Source: an uncultured Desulfovibrionaceae bacterium
GTDB lineage: Bacteria > Desulfobacterota > Desulfovibrionia > Desulfovibrionales > Desulfovibrionaceae
NCBI GenBank assembly: GCA_964609625.1
Contig: CAZSRS010000020.1
Span: 584-64,583 of the forward strand
DNA length: 64,000 nt
Reading direction: 5' to 3'
The notes below the pieces were generated by a model, which was given only the letters and a program-made list of their open reading frames with translations, ran no database searches and had not been told where the DNA came from. Positions 39,372 through 47,598 of the stretch are shown piece after piece (the first letter of the stretch is position 1; each line of letters starts with the position of its first letter). A program made the translations under genes and the position numbers.

Positions 39372-41003
39372 CTAACTCGATTCGATCTGCCCCTCTACGC
39401 ACAGGTCTCGGTAGAAGGCGTACAGGCGCTGCCCCAGGGTACAAAGCAGGCCAGTGCTGCGGCTGTGGAACCCGGCCGCTCCCTGCACGAGGGCGGTGGC
39501 GAGAGCGGGATCGTTGCGGATGGTCAGCACGGCGTGGGCGATGTCGCGGGCGTCGCCGCTGTCCAGGACCCAGGCCTCCTTCCGGTGCTCGGCCTCCAGG
39601 CCCAGGTTGGCCCTGGGCAGGATCACGGGGCGCCCGGCCGCGAAGTACTCCGGCAGCTTGGAGGGGATGCGGCGGTCATTGAACGGGCCGGGCGCACCGG
39701 GCTGCACCAGGATGTCCGCCGCGGCCAGAATGCCGGGAAGTTCCTCACGCTCCACCCAGCCGAGACCGACCTCCCAGGCGCGGTTCCAGCCCTTGCATAT
39801 CAGGGGCCGGGCATTGGTGCCGGTACGCAGCAATACCGTGGGGCAGCCCTTCCGGTTGAGCAGGGCCACAGCCTTGTACAACTCCAGGACCTCGTCGTGG
39901 TTGCCGGCATGCACGTTGCCGGTATAGGCCAGTACCAGGCTCTGTTCCGGGATGCCGTGCCTGGCGCGCAACTCCAGGTTCAAGGGACGCGGTGAGAACA
40001 GACCCACGTCCACCGGCGCCGGCAGCAGCAGGCTGGGTACGCCGCGTGAATTGAAGCCGTCCAAGGTCTCGATGATCATGGTCAGGCCGTGGGCCTTGTT
40101 CAGGAACTCCGCCCCCCTGATCGGGTGAAAGCGGCTGGCCGGCACGAGCTTGCAGAGTTGCTTTTCCGGCAGCTTGGCCAGTTCCGCAAAGGGGCGGCCG
40201 CCGCGCACCTCGGTGAGGTACTCCTCGTTGTCCTCCAGGTGGATCACCAGCCGGCTGCCGTACCGTGCGAGCAGGGGCTCGCAGAACAGACGCACCACTT
40301 CCCTGGGGGTCCAGGCGTGAATGATGTCCGGCCCTCGGCCGTCGGCAAAGCATACTCCCTGCTCGGCAAGTCGGGCAAAGGTATGCACACGGGCGGCGAT
40401 GTCCGCACGCAGGCCGGCCTGCTCCACCAGGCGGGGTACGGCAAAAAGGCAGTCGGCACCGTGCTCCATGGCGCCCCTTGCGTGGAGCTGGGCGTGCACG
40501 CCGCTGTTGCTGCCGATGTGCTCGTAGAGCACCAGGAGTACGTTGAGGCCTCGCCCCTGAAGTGCCGCAGGATCAGGAGGCGCGACGCGGACGGCCTTGG
40601 TCGGCCGACCCTGTGCCCGCCCCTCTCGGAGATAGTGCAGCAGGGGGTTGACGCCGGAAGCGGCCACGTCCGGATTGCTCTCGAGGTAAAACGTGACATT
40701 GAAATCCGGGCAGGGATCGCGCCCCTCTTTCCAGCCGCGCTCCAGAAAATGCAGCAGGGGGTTGACGCCGGAGGCTGCCACGTCGGGGTTGTTTTCCAGG
40801 TAATGGCGTGTGTGGAAGAAAGGGTTGGGATCCAGCCCCTCCCTCCAGCCCTGGGTGACGTAATGCAGCACGGGGTCGATGTCGGAGCGTGTCTTGAGGT
40901 TATGCTCCGGGGAATGTTCCAGATAGTGGTCGCGGTCGAAGAGCCCGCTGTCGCGGAGCTTTTTGACCGTGCGGCGGGTCTGCATCCAATGTAAGCCCAA
41001 CAT
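39372..41003 (-). CDS. GT4-type glycosyltransferase with three N-terminal 38-aa Y(L/V)xxNPDVAASGVNPLLH(Y/F)...GxxEGRxP repeats
   Basis: The C-terminal half has a GT1/GT4 layout (LAYTGNVHAGN..., PSKLPEYFAAGRPVI). The N-terminal repeats are visible as DNA repeats with a 114-nt period. Confidence 0.85.
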   Translation of the reverse strand: MLGLHWMQTRRTVKKLRDSGLFDRDHYLEHSPEHNLKTRSDIDPVLHYVTQGWREGLDPNPFFHTRHYLENNPDVAASGVNPLLHFLERGWKEGRDPCPDFNVTFYLESNPDVAASGVNPLLHYLREGRAQGRPTKAVRVAPPDPAALQGRGLNVLLVLYEHIGSNSGVHAQLHARGAMEHGADCLFAVPRLVEQAGLRADIAARVHTFARLAEQGVCFADGRGPDIIHAWTPREVVRLFCEPLLARYGSRLVIHLEDNEEYLTEVRGGRPFAELAKLPEKQLCKLVPASRFHPIRGAEFLNKAHGLTMIIETLDGFNSRGVPSLLLPAPVDVGLFSPRPLNLELRARHGIPEQSLVLAYTGNVHAGNHDEVLELYKAVALLNRKGCPTVLLRTGTNARPLICKGWNRAWEVGLGWVEREELPGILAAADILVQPGAPGPFNDRRIPSKLPEYFAAGRPVILPRANLGLEAEHRKEAWVLDSGDARDIAHAVLTIRNDPALATALVQGAAGFHSRSTGLLCTLGQRLYAFYRDLCVEGQIESS

Positions 41004-41201
41004 TCCAGCATGATTTCAGAATCGGGCCGGCTTGTAAATGGGGCGGCCAGCCGCGTCGAACAAGGCGATAACCGCGGAGGCCAAAGGTATCGCTCCTCGG
41101 TTTGCTTCTCGCGGTGCAAGCCGGTATAGCCTGAAAAGCATCGGTACCGAGGCGTGAGGCCATTGGCAATTCCTTTCCATCAAATCCGACACGAGGCAGG
41201 C

Positions 41202-42314
41202 ATGGGTGCCGATTCCTTCTCCTTCGAGCGCATGGCACTGGCAGTGCTACTGGAGCAACGGTTCATTGACACCGAGGCGCTGGTCGCGCCGACGCCGTTC
41301 TGCTCCCCCGGCTGGTTGCGGGCTTGGAACGGTGCCCTTGGCGAGAAACAGCGCTCATCCCTGGAGGCCTGGGTTGTCAAGGCGGGGGACGGGAGCATCG
41401 CCGGGCTCGTACCCCTGATGCGGGAGCAGCTCGGGTTCCACCTGCCCGGCCAGGGGGTGTTGCTCGGCGCGGACGATCTCGGAGCACCGGACCATTGCGA
41501 CCTGCTGCTGCCCAGTCCGGACGCGGCAAGGCAGTTGGTGGGTGTCCTGGAAGAGCACCACTGGGAGCGTCTGCGCATCGCCAATCTGGCGCCCATGGCG
41601 CCCATGGCAACGGCCCTGGCCGATGAACTCGTGCTGCGCGGCCATCTGGCACAGCGGCGCTGGGGCTCCAGTTGTTTTTTCATCGATTTACCCCCGGACG
41701 TGGACGCCTACATGGCGCTCCTGGGGGCGCGGTTCCGCGAAGGCGTGCGCAGGAAAGACCGCAAGCTGCACAAGCAGTTTCGAGCAGAGTTTCGTGAAAG
41801 CTCTACTCCAGACAGGGACACGGTCCTGCAGACCCTGTTCCGTTGGAACAGGGAGCGCTTCGGCCCTGGCAGCACCTTCCATGACCCCCGGCTGGAGCGC
41901 ATGATTATGGAATTCTGTCGCTGGCTGGCAGGGCGGGGCACGCTCCGGCTGTGGGAGATGCGTTGCGACGGCCGACTGGCGGCGGCTTGGCTGGGTTTCG
42001 GATGGGGGGATGCCCTGTATTTCTACCAGGCCGGCTGGGACCGTGAGTTCGCGCCGCAGGGCATCGGCACTGTGCTCACGCTGCGAATGATCGAACAGGC
42101 CATCGCCGAGGGGTACAAGCGCTTCGACTTTTTGCGTGGTGACGAGCCCTACAAGCAGCATTGGTCCACGGGTCTGGCCTATACCTGGGAGCTGGCCGTG
42201 TATCGCTGGAGCCTGCTGGGGAGCGCGGCCAACTGCCTGGAATCGGGTTGGGCCGCGTTCCGTCCTTTTGCGCGTACGTTGAAAAGAACAATACTACGCA
42301 AAGGGGAGCAATAG
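41202..42314 (+). CDS. GNAT-type acetyltransferase of the CelD/BioF2-like (Acetyltransf_6) family
   Basis: FCSPGWLRAW..., LYFYQAGWD and GYKRFDFLRGDEPYKQHW are typical of the cellulose-biosynthesis CelD-like family. Confidence 0.8.
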   Translation: MGADSFSFERMALAVLLEQRFIDTEALVAPTPFCSPGWLRAWNGALGEKQRSSLEAWVVKAGDGSIAGLVPLMREQLGFHLPGQGVLLGADDLGAPDHCDLLLPSPDAARQLVGVLEEHHWERLRIANLAPMAPMATALADELVLRGHLAQRRWGSSCFFIDLPPDVDAYMALLGARFREGVRRKDRKLHKQFRAEFRESSTPDRDTVLQTLFRWNRERFGPGSTFHDPRLERMIMEFCRWLAGRGTLRLWEMRCDGRLAAAWLGFGWGDALYFYQAGWDREFAPQGIGTVLTLRMIEQAIAEGYKRFDFLRGDEPYKQHWSTGLAYTWELAVYRWSLLGSAANCLESGWAAFRPFARTLKRTILRKGEQ

Positions 42315-42591
42315 AGGGCGTGGCATATAGTTTCTTGGTCAACTGTTTTGTAGCACGTGGGGAGCAGTGGTGTCGGGTATAATTCACGAAAAAACCTAGA
42401 AATATTCTTGACGACTTGCAGGAACATGGGTAGGGGATGAGGAACTTTCGTCAGAGGCAGTGAAGGGCGGTCTCATGATCTTGCAGCGGGGGGTGTGCGG
42501 CAGGACCGTGCCACCTGCGGTGGCAGCCTGCCGGCGCAGGGCGTGCCAAGGATTATCAACCCGGATATACGGCACAAGATTCGCGAGGCAT

Positions 42592-45087
42592 ATGAAAACT
42601 GCAAAGTGGTCAGGGGCGGTAATCGGTGGTCTGTTTCTCCTCCTGGTTCTTTGCGGAGCGCTGTCAGCCACGGAAACAACGGTCAACCAGGATTCCAGGG
42701 AATGGTTCATCATTCAGGCCGCCAGTTTTCTGGAAAAGCGGAACGCGCTGAACGCCTACGAGACCTTGCAACGTAAGCTCGGGTCCGACGTCGTTGTTCG
42801 TGTCGAACATCTCCCCCCTTATTACACCCTCAGAGTAGGCCTCTCGGAATCAAAAGGACCGATCCGGGAACTCTTGGCCGATGTCAAAACCCTCCATCCC
42901 ACGGCCATCATCTTGCGTGTGCATGTCGATCCCGAACGTATTGTCAGCATGACCCCCTCAGGGGCAACAGTCCTGGCCACGGCCTCGGGAAACCCGAAAC
43001 TGGACGTGGCGTGGGGAGCAGGGGAGGCCGATAATGATCCCGCAAGCGCCTCCGTGATGCAGTCAGTTCCCGAGACAGCCATTACCGAAGCCGCCGTAAC
43101 AGAAGCTGCCGTATCCGAGGCTGCCTTGACCGAGGCAGCTATTACCGAGGCCGCCGTATCGGAAGCAGCCGTACCGGAAGCCGCCGTATCGGAAGTCGCC
43201 GTATCGGAAGTCGCCGTACCGAAAGCCGCCGTATCCGAGGCTGCCTTGACTGAGGCAACTATTACCGAGGCAGCCGTACCGGAAGCCGCCGTATCGGAAG
43301 TCGCCGTACCGGAAGTCGCCGTACCGGAAGTCGCCGTACCTGAAGCCGCCGTACCCGAGGCTGCCTTGACCGAGGCAGCCGTACAGGATGCCGCTGATTC
43401 CAAAGCATCCGAGGACGGGCCATCCGGCGTGCCGCTTTTGGTTGAGCCGGCAGTGGCCTCGGAAAAGACGCAGACGCAACCGCCCGCACCGCTCCCGGAG
43501 CCAGATGTTGCAGCCACGCCCGAGTTCAGCCTCGCCTCCGAGGCCCAGATCGGCGCGCACCCGGCCAAGGAAGATCGGACAGTGGACATCGCCGTCCCTC
43601 TCCCTCTTGAGGCGTTCACGGGCAGGCAGTGGCTCGGCGTGGGGCAGGAGAGCAAGGTCAATGTCGCGCCAGAGCAGCACGTTGCGCTGCCTGAGCCGGA
43701 AATACCAATGGCCTTCGAACCAGTGTGGGAGGCCGCGTCAGAGTCCGGGAACCAGGGATTGGACCAGCGTTTTGGGTTTCTGAAACAGGCTGGAATCAAG
43801 AAGATCGCGGGTTTCGCAGGTCTGGGAATAGGTGTTGCGCTGCTGCTTCTGACTTCGATGTGGTTTATGAGGAAGGGACGGGGGCAACGTGACAAGGAGA
43901 ATTCCTCCGCGGCCCAATCCGCCCGGAAGTGCACCCTGCAATTAGAGTCCTGCATGGACAAGCCCTTCTCCCAGGAGGATATGTCGGAACCGCCCCTATC
44001 TGATGCGGTAGAGGAAGGGATGGCTGTTGTTCGCGTCGTTTCTCCCCCCAGGTTTGCATTACCTCAGGGTCATGCCACTGCGGTTGCACCACCGGAATCC
44101 CATGCCGTCGCGGCCGAGGCATTCGCTGTGGCCGAGGAACGCCAGTCTCCAGAATCCATGGAGAATGGGAAGCTGAATGTTTCCCAGGAAAAGGAATCGG
44201 TAGGCACACCAATCCCCCTGGGGCCGGCGCCGGAGCATGCGCGGCATCACTCCCCCTATGCATATCAGTCCGACATGGAGCGGCGTATCGCTGACGGTGA
44301 GATGGACTTGCCTGGCCTCTCCCCAACCGGTGAAGCGTTCATGAAGCGGGGTGCGGTGGAATTCGAGGTCATGGTCAAGAACATCTTGAGAAGGAGCGCG
44401 GATCAGGAATTGACCTCCATCTACGTGACGAGCTGCTCGGCCGGAGAGGGGAAGACCCGCGTCTCCATGGCGTTGGCGCATTTTCTGGCCAGGGAAGGCT
44501 ATCGGGTGTTGCTCGTGGATGCCAATACCGTGGCGCCGCTCCTGCACGACGTGTACAACACCAGTTTCTCGCCGGGGCTCCTGGAAGCACTCAACGGGAG
44601 CGGGTTTGAGGCGCGCGATGCGATACGTCCCTCCAGGCATGAAAATCTGCACATCATGACCTTGGGATCCAAGCCCTTGACAGGTGCTCTACGGAGTGAA
44701 GGCTTTCCGCTGAACGCCCTGATCGAGGCCCTGGCCGAGGATTTCGAATTCGTGATCCTGGATGGCCAGTCCTTGTCGGAGCCGTTCGCGCTTTTCGTGG
44801 CCAGCACATGTGACGGCACTGTCGTGGTGACCCCTTGGGAAAAGCCAAAGTGGCACACCATCAAGAAATCGGCCCAGGAAATTACGCTCTTCGGCGGCAC
44901 TGTCATCGGTCTGGTACAGAACAAACGCCCCGTTTATCTGCCGGGTTTTATTTTCCGGAAGCCCTGGCGGGAACAGTATGTTGAAGTGCGGGTGGAATCG
45001 GGGCGGACGGATGCCGCCATGCCGCCCATGGCCATGGGGTCTCCCATGCCAGAGGTGGAAGATGGGCACAAGGCCTTGCGGCAATAG
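42592..45087 (+). CDS. Multidomain protein: signal-anchor, SPOR-like domain, 21 pentapeptide repeats, TM helix, C-terminal CpsD/ParA-like P-loop ATPase (BY-kinase-like, no Tyr cluster)
   Basis: WFIIQAASFLEKRNALNAYETLQ...YYTLRVGLSES (SPOR-like); (E-A/V-A-V/I/L-S/T/P)x21; TM IAGFAGLGIGVALLLLTSMWF; Walker A TSCSAGEGKT, A-prime VLLVDAN, Walker B FVILDGQ. Confidence 0.8.
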   Translation: MKTAKWSGAVIGGLFLLLVLCGALSATETTVNQDSREWFIIQAASFLEKRNALNAYETLQRKLGSDVVVRVEHLPPYYTLRVGLSESKGPIRELLADVKTLHPTAIILRVHVDPERIVSMTPSGATVLATASGNPKLDVAWGAGEADNDPASASVMQSVPETAITEAAVTEAAVSEAALTEAAITEAAVSEAAVPEAAVSEVAVSEVAVPKAAVSEAALTEATITEAAVPEAAVSEVAVPEVAVPEVAVPEAAVPEAALTEAAVQDAADSKASEDGPSGVPLLVEPAVASEKTQTQPPAPLPEPDVAATPEFSLASEAQIGAHPAKEDRTVDIAVPLPLEAFTGRQWLGVGQESKVNVAPEQHVALPEPEIPMAFEPVWEAASESGNQGLDQRFGFLKQAGIKKIAGFAGLGIGVALLLLTSMWFMRKGRGQRDKENSSAAQSARKCTLQLESCMDKPFSQEDMSEPPLSDAVEEGMAVVRVVSPPRFALPQGHATAVAPPESHAVAAEAFAVAEERQSPESMENGKLNVSQEKESVGTPIPLGPAPEHARHHSPYAYQSDMERRIADGEMDLPGLSPTGEAFMKRGAVEFEVMVKNILRRSADQELTSIYVTSCSAGEGKTRVSMALAHFLAREGYRVLLVDANTVAPLLHDVYNTSFSPGLLEALNGSGFEARDAIRPSRHENLHIMTLGSKPLTGALRSEGFPLNALIEALAEDFEFVILDGQSLSEPFALFVASTCDGTVVVTPWEKPKWHTIKKSAQEITLFGGTVIGLVQNKRPVYLPGFIFRKPWREQYVEVRVESGRTDAAMPPMAMGSPMPEVEDGHKALRQ
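43072..43386 (+). repeat. In-frame 15-bp tandem repeat, 21 units, with a higher-order duplication of about 120 nt
   Basis: Units such as GAAGCCGCCGTATCG and GAAGTCGCCGTACCG run head to tail from 43072. The block GTATCCGAGGCTGCCTTGAC(C/T)GAGGCA(G/A)CTATTACCGAGGC occurs twice, near 43111 and 43231. Confidence 0.95.
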
Positions 45088-45096
45088 GGCATTACC

Positions 45097-45172
45097 GCGA
45101 TATACCTCCGGCGGGGTGCGCGAAATGAAAGAGCGCGTCTGGACAATCCGCTCGAACGAGGCGGTATATCGC
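45097..45172. terminator. Long inverted repeat between convergent genes (possible bidirectional terminator)
   Basis: GCGATATACC (45097-45106) and GGTATATCGC (45163-45172), perfect 10-bp arms. No clear U-tract. Confidence 0.3.
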
Positions 45173-45247
45173 CGCACCAGATTGAGCCAGGCTGTTTCCA
45201 GGGATACAAAACCGCATGCGGGACGCGGTGTTGACTGGAAACGTTGA

Positions 45248-46672
45248 TCAGACGCCCGTACCGCGGATCACAGCCGGTACAGTGCGCAGCATGATCTTGA
45301 AGTCCTCCCAGAGGCTCCATTTGTCGATGTAATCCATGTCCAGGTTCATCCACTCGTGGAATCCCAGTTTGTTGCGGTGTCTGGTGGTCTGCCAGTAGCA
45401 GGTCAGTCCCGGGCGCACGCTGAAACGCCGACGCAGCCAGTCTTCGGAAAATCCCTCGTAGTCGCGAATGGCCAGGGGTCTGGGGCCCACGATGCTCATG
45501 TCGCCCTTGAGCACGTTCACGAGTTGGGGCAGTTCGTCGATGCCGTAGCGTCGGAGGAAACGCCCCACTGGGAGGACGCGAGGGTCGTTGGCGATCTTGA
45601 AGACCGGGCCGTCCATCTCGTTGAGTGCCTCGAGCTTGGAGTGCTCCGCGGCCGCGTCGATGCTCATGGTTCGCAGCTTGAGGAGCTTGAAGGTGTTCTT
45701 GAAGTAGCCGATGCGTTCCTGTTTGAAAAAGATGGGGCCGCGGTCGGTGCATTTAATGGCGATGGCCGCGACAAGGATGATGGGCCAAGTGATGAGCAGG
45801 ACGAAGGCGGCCACGATCACGTCGATGAAACGCTTGATGGAGACCTGCCAATCCTCCAGAGGCGCGTTGTAGATGACCACCGCCGGGATCGAGCCGAGCT
45901 GGTAGCTGCGCATGTAAGGAGAATCGGGCTCGAAGATATTTGTCAGGTAGTTGACACTGATACCCTGCTCCTGGGCAATATTGATGATCGAGCGTATGGT
46001 GTCGTAAAAGGATCGGATGGGCAGGTTGACGACGATGCCATGGATAACGTTGTTGCGTATGACTTCGTCGATGTTTTTCAGATGCCCGAGAATGTTGATA
46101 TTTTTTCCAGAGAAGTTACAATCATCTATGAACCCCGCGACATTGACGCCAAGGAATGAATTGTCGTTGATGTAGTTCATGAAGTCCACGGCGCGCTGAT
46201 TGGTCCCAACGATAACGATGTTGCGAATGTTTCGTTGGTTCTGGAAGAGCATTGAGAATATGTAGATCATCAAGCGACGCAGGAGAATGTTGAGGAGCAG
46301 TGATACACAGATAAATACCGTGAAGAATCGTAGATAGTTTATTTCTACCTTGAAAAAATGAGCGAATATAAGAAATCCAAAAGAAGTGAAGAGAAGTATG
46401 AGGATGAAGTTCAGAATCTGGGCGTGCAGTTTAGGAACAAAAAAGTCATCCTTTGAAAAATACTTGTCGAAAACCATTGTGTATATGGCGTACATGTAGA
46501 CAGTGATGATGACGATGAAGGCAAGATTGATTCCCTGCAAGGGGTTCTTGCCGCTTTCGAACTGCATGATCCTCAGTGTGTCCGAGCCCGCGAGGACAAA
46601 GGACAGCATCAGAATCAGGAAGCCTAGGGCCTTGGACGTCTGGATGAATTTTTCACGTCGATATTCGAGCAT
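45248..46672 (-). CDS. Polyprenyl-phosphate glycosyl-1-phosphate transferase (EPS priming sugar transferase, WbaP/EpsB-type)
   Basis: C-terminal catalytic block KLRTM..., MSIVGPRPL and RPGLTCYWQTT...LDMDYIDKWSLWEDFKIMLRT, with N-terminal multi-TM and nucleotide-binding-like regions. Confidence 0.9.
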   Translation of the reverse strand: MLEYRREKFIQTSKALGFLILMLSFVLAGSDTLRIMQFESGKNPLQGINLAFIVIITVYMYAIYTMVFDKYFSKDDFFVPKLHAQILNFILILLFTSFGFLIFAHFFKVEINYLRFFTVFICVSLLLNILLRRLMIYIFSMLFQNQRNIRNIVIVGTNQRAVDFMNYINDNSFLGVNVAGFIDDCNFSGKNINILGHLKNIDEVIRNNVIHGIVVNLPIRSFYDTIRSIINIAQEQGISVNYLTNIFEPDSPYMRSYQLGSIPAVVIYNAPLEDWQVSIKRFIDVIVAAFVLLITWPIILVAAIAIKCTDRGPIFFKQERIGYFKNTFKLLKLRTMSIDAAAEHSKLEALNEMDGPVFKIANDPRVLPVGRFLRRYGIDELPQLVNVLKGDMSIVGPRPLAIRDYEGFSEDWLRRRFSVRPGLTCYWQTTRHRNKLGFHEWMNLDMDYIDKWSLWEDFKIMLRTVPAVIRGTGV

Positions 46673-47421
46673 TTTAGTGAAATATCCGTATTTTTCGATG
46701 ACCCGGCATGCAGCGCGTTTTCACGGACGCCTTGTCGTTCGCGAATCGCCTGACGGCTCCCGCATCCGCGACGTCTGCTGTTTGATGACAACGTCATGCG
46801 GAAGCGGAGCTACCCGTAATGTTCAATGCTTCCCCCGCCAGTGGCGCAAGAGCGACGTCGGCGCGGCAACACTCTTGGAAAGGTGTATTGCCGATGCGAC
46901 GGCGCATGCCAGTTTGTCCCCCGCCTGAATACAAACAGCAAGTATCATACCATGGACAGGATCGCGATCTCAAGACCATGGGCGTAAAAAACAATGCCTG
47001 TCGTGTAAATTTTTCAGACCGACAGGATGTTCACGCATACCAAGTCGCCATCGGAGAGCTGAACCCGATATCGCGCGGCAGGACGCCGCGTGGCGAGCGA
47101 AGTCCAGGTCAGGCTTGGCGAAACCGTGTTCTTGCCAGGACTCTGCAATCAAAACACTCAACGCGTTCTGACCGTATCCCGGCATCGGTCCATCCTGGAC
47201 TTGTTCAACCCAAGCCTGGCAAAAGCAGTCTTACGCCAACCCTCACATGTTGTATGCGTCATGAACACGCGCTCGTAACCCTGCGCACCTTCCTGGCGCG
47301 CAAGTCGCGGAGCCCGAGGGTCATGGCTGAACCCGACAGGGGCTGTCCGAGCCTTGCCTCCGGTCAAGGAAGCAGCAACGAGGCATGGCCGCGTCAGGTG
47401 GTGTCCACCACGGGCTTCCGG

Positions 47422-47565
47422 TTACACGATACCCTTGATCACGTCGTAGAGGTTCATGACAAGGGCCAGATGCAGGAAAATCAGCCCGAGAACAACCAGC
47501 AGGATGTAGGTAACGATGTGTTGCTTTTGCCGCACCCGTGATTGTTCTTCTTTGTCCAGGGTCAT
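47422..47565 (-). CDS. Unlisted 47-aa single-TM protein downstream of the double glycosyltransferase
   Basis: Own translation: MTLDKEEQSRVRQKQHIVTYILLVVLGLIFLHLALVMNLYDVIKGIV, TAA stop. AGGAGG lies 5 nt before the ATG. It starts 33 nt after the stop of the upstream gene and falls below the 60-aa ORF-track cut-off. Confidence 0.5.
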   Translation of the reverse strand: MTLDKEEQSRVRQKQHIVTYILLVVLGLIFLHLALVMNLYDVIKGIV

Positions 47566-47598
47566 GATTGCCTCCTGGTTGCATGCAGTGTGCACGGC

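Noticed and set aside
43072-43386. Possibility that the short direct repeats are a CRISPR array
   Set aside because: The units are 15 bp, contiguous and without spacers. They are in frame within a long ORF, and no cas genes are present.
42822-43961. 379-aa and 205-aa minus-strand ORFs with SGTA/GFRYG repeats
   Set aside because: They are generated by the antisense reading of the 15-bp tandem repeat. The plus-strand frame is continuous with flanking SPOR-like and ATPase domains.
46819-47541. 240-aa plus-strand ORF in the gap between EPS operons
   Set aside because: Arg/Ser/Pro-rich, with no Shine-Dalgarno and no motif. It overlaps the better-supported 47-aa minus-strand ORF. It is treated as non-coding.
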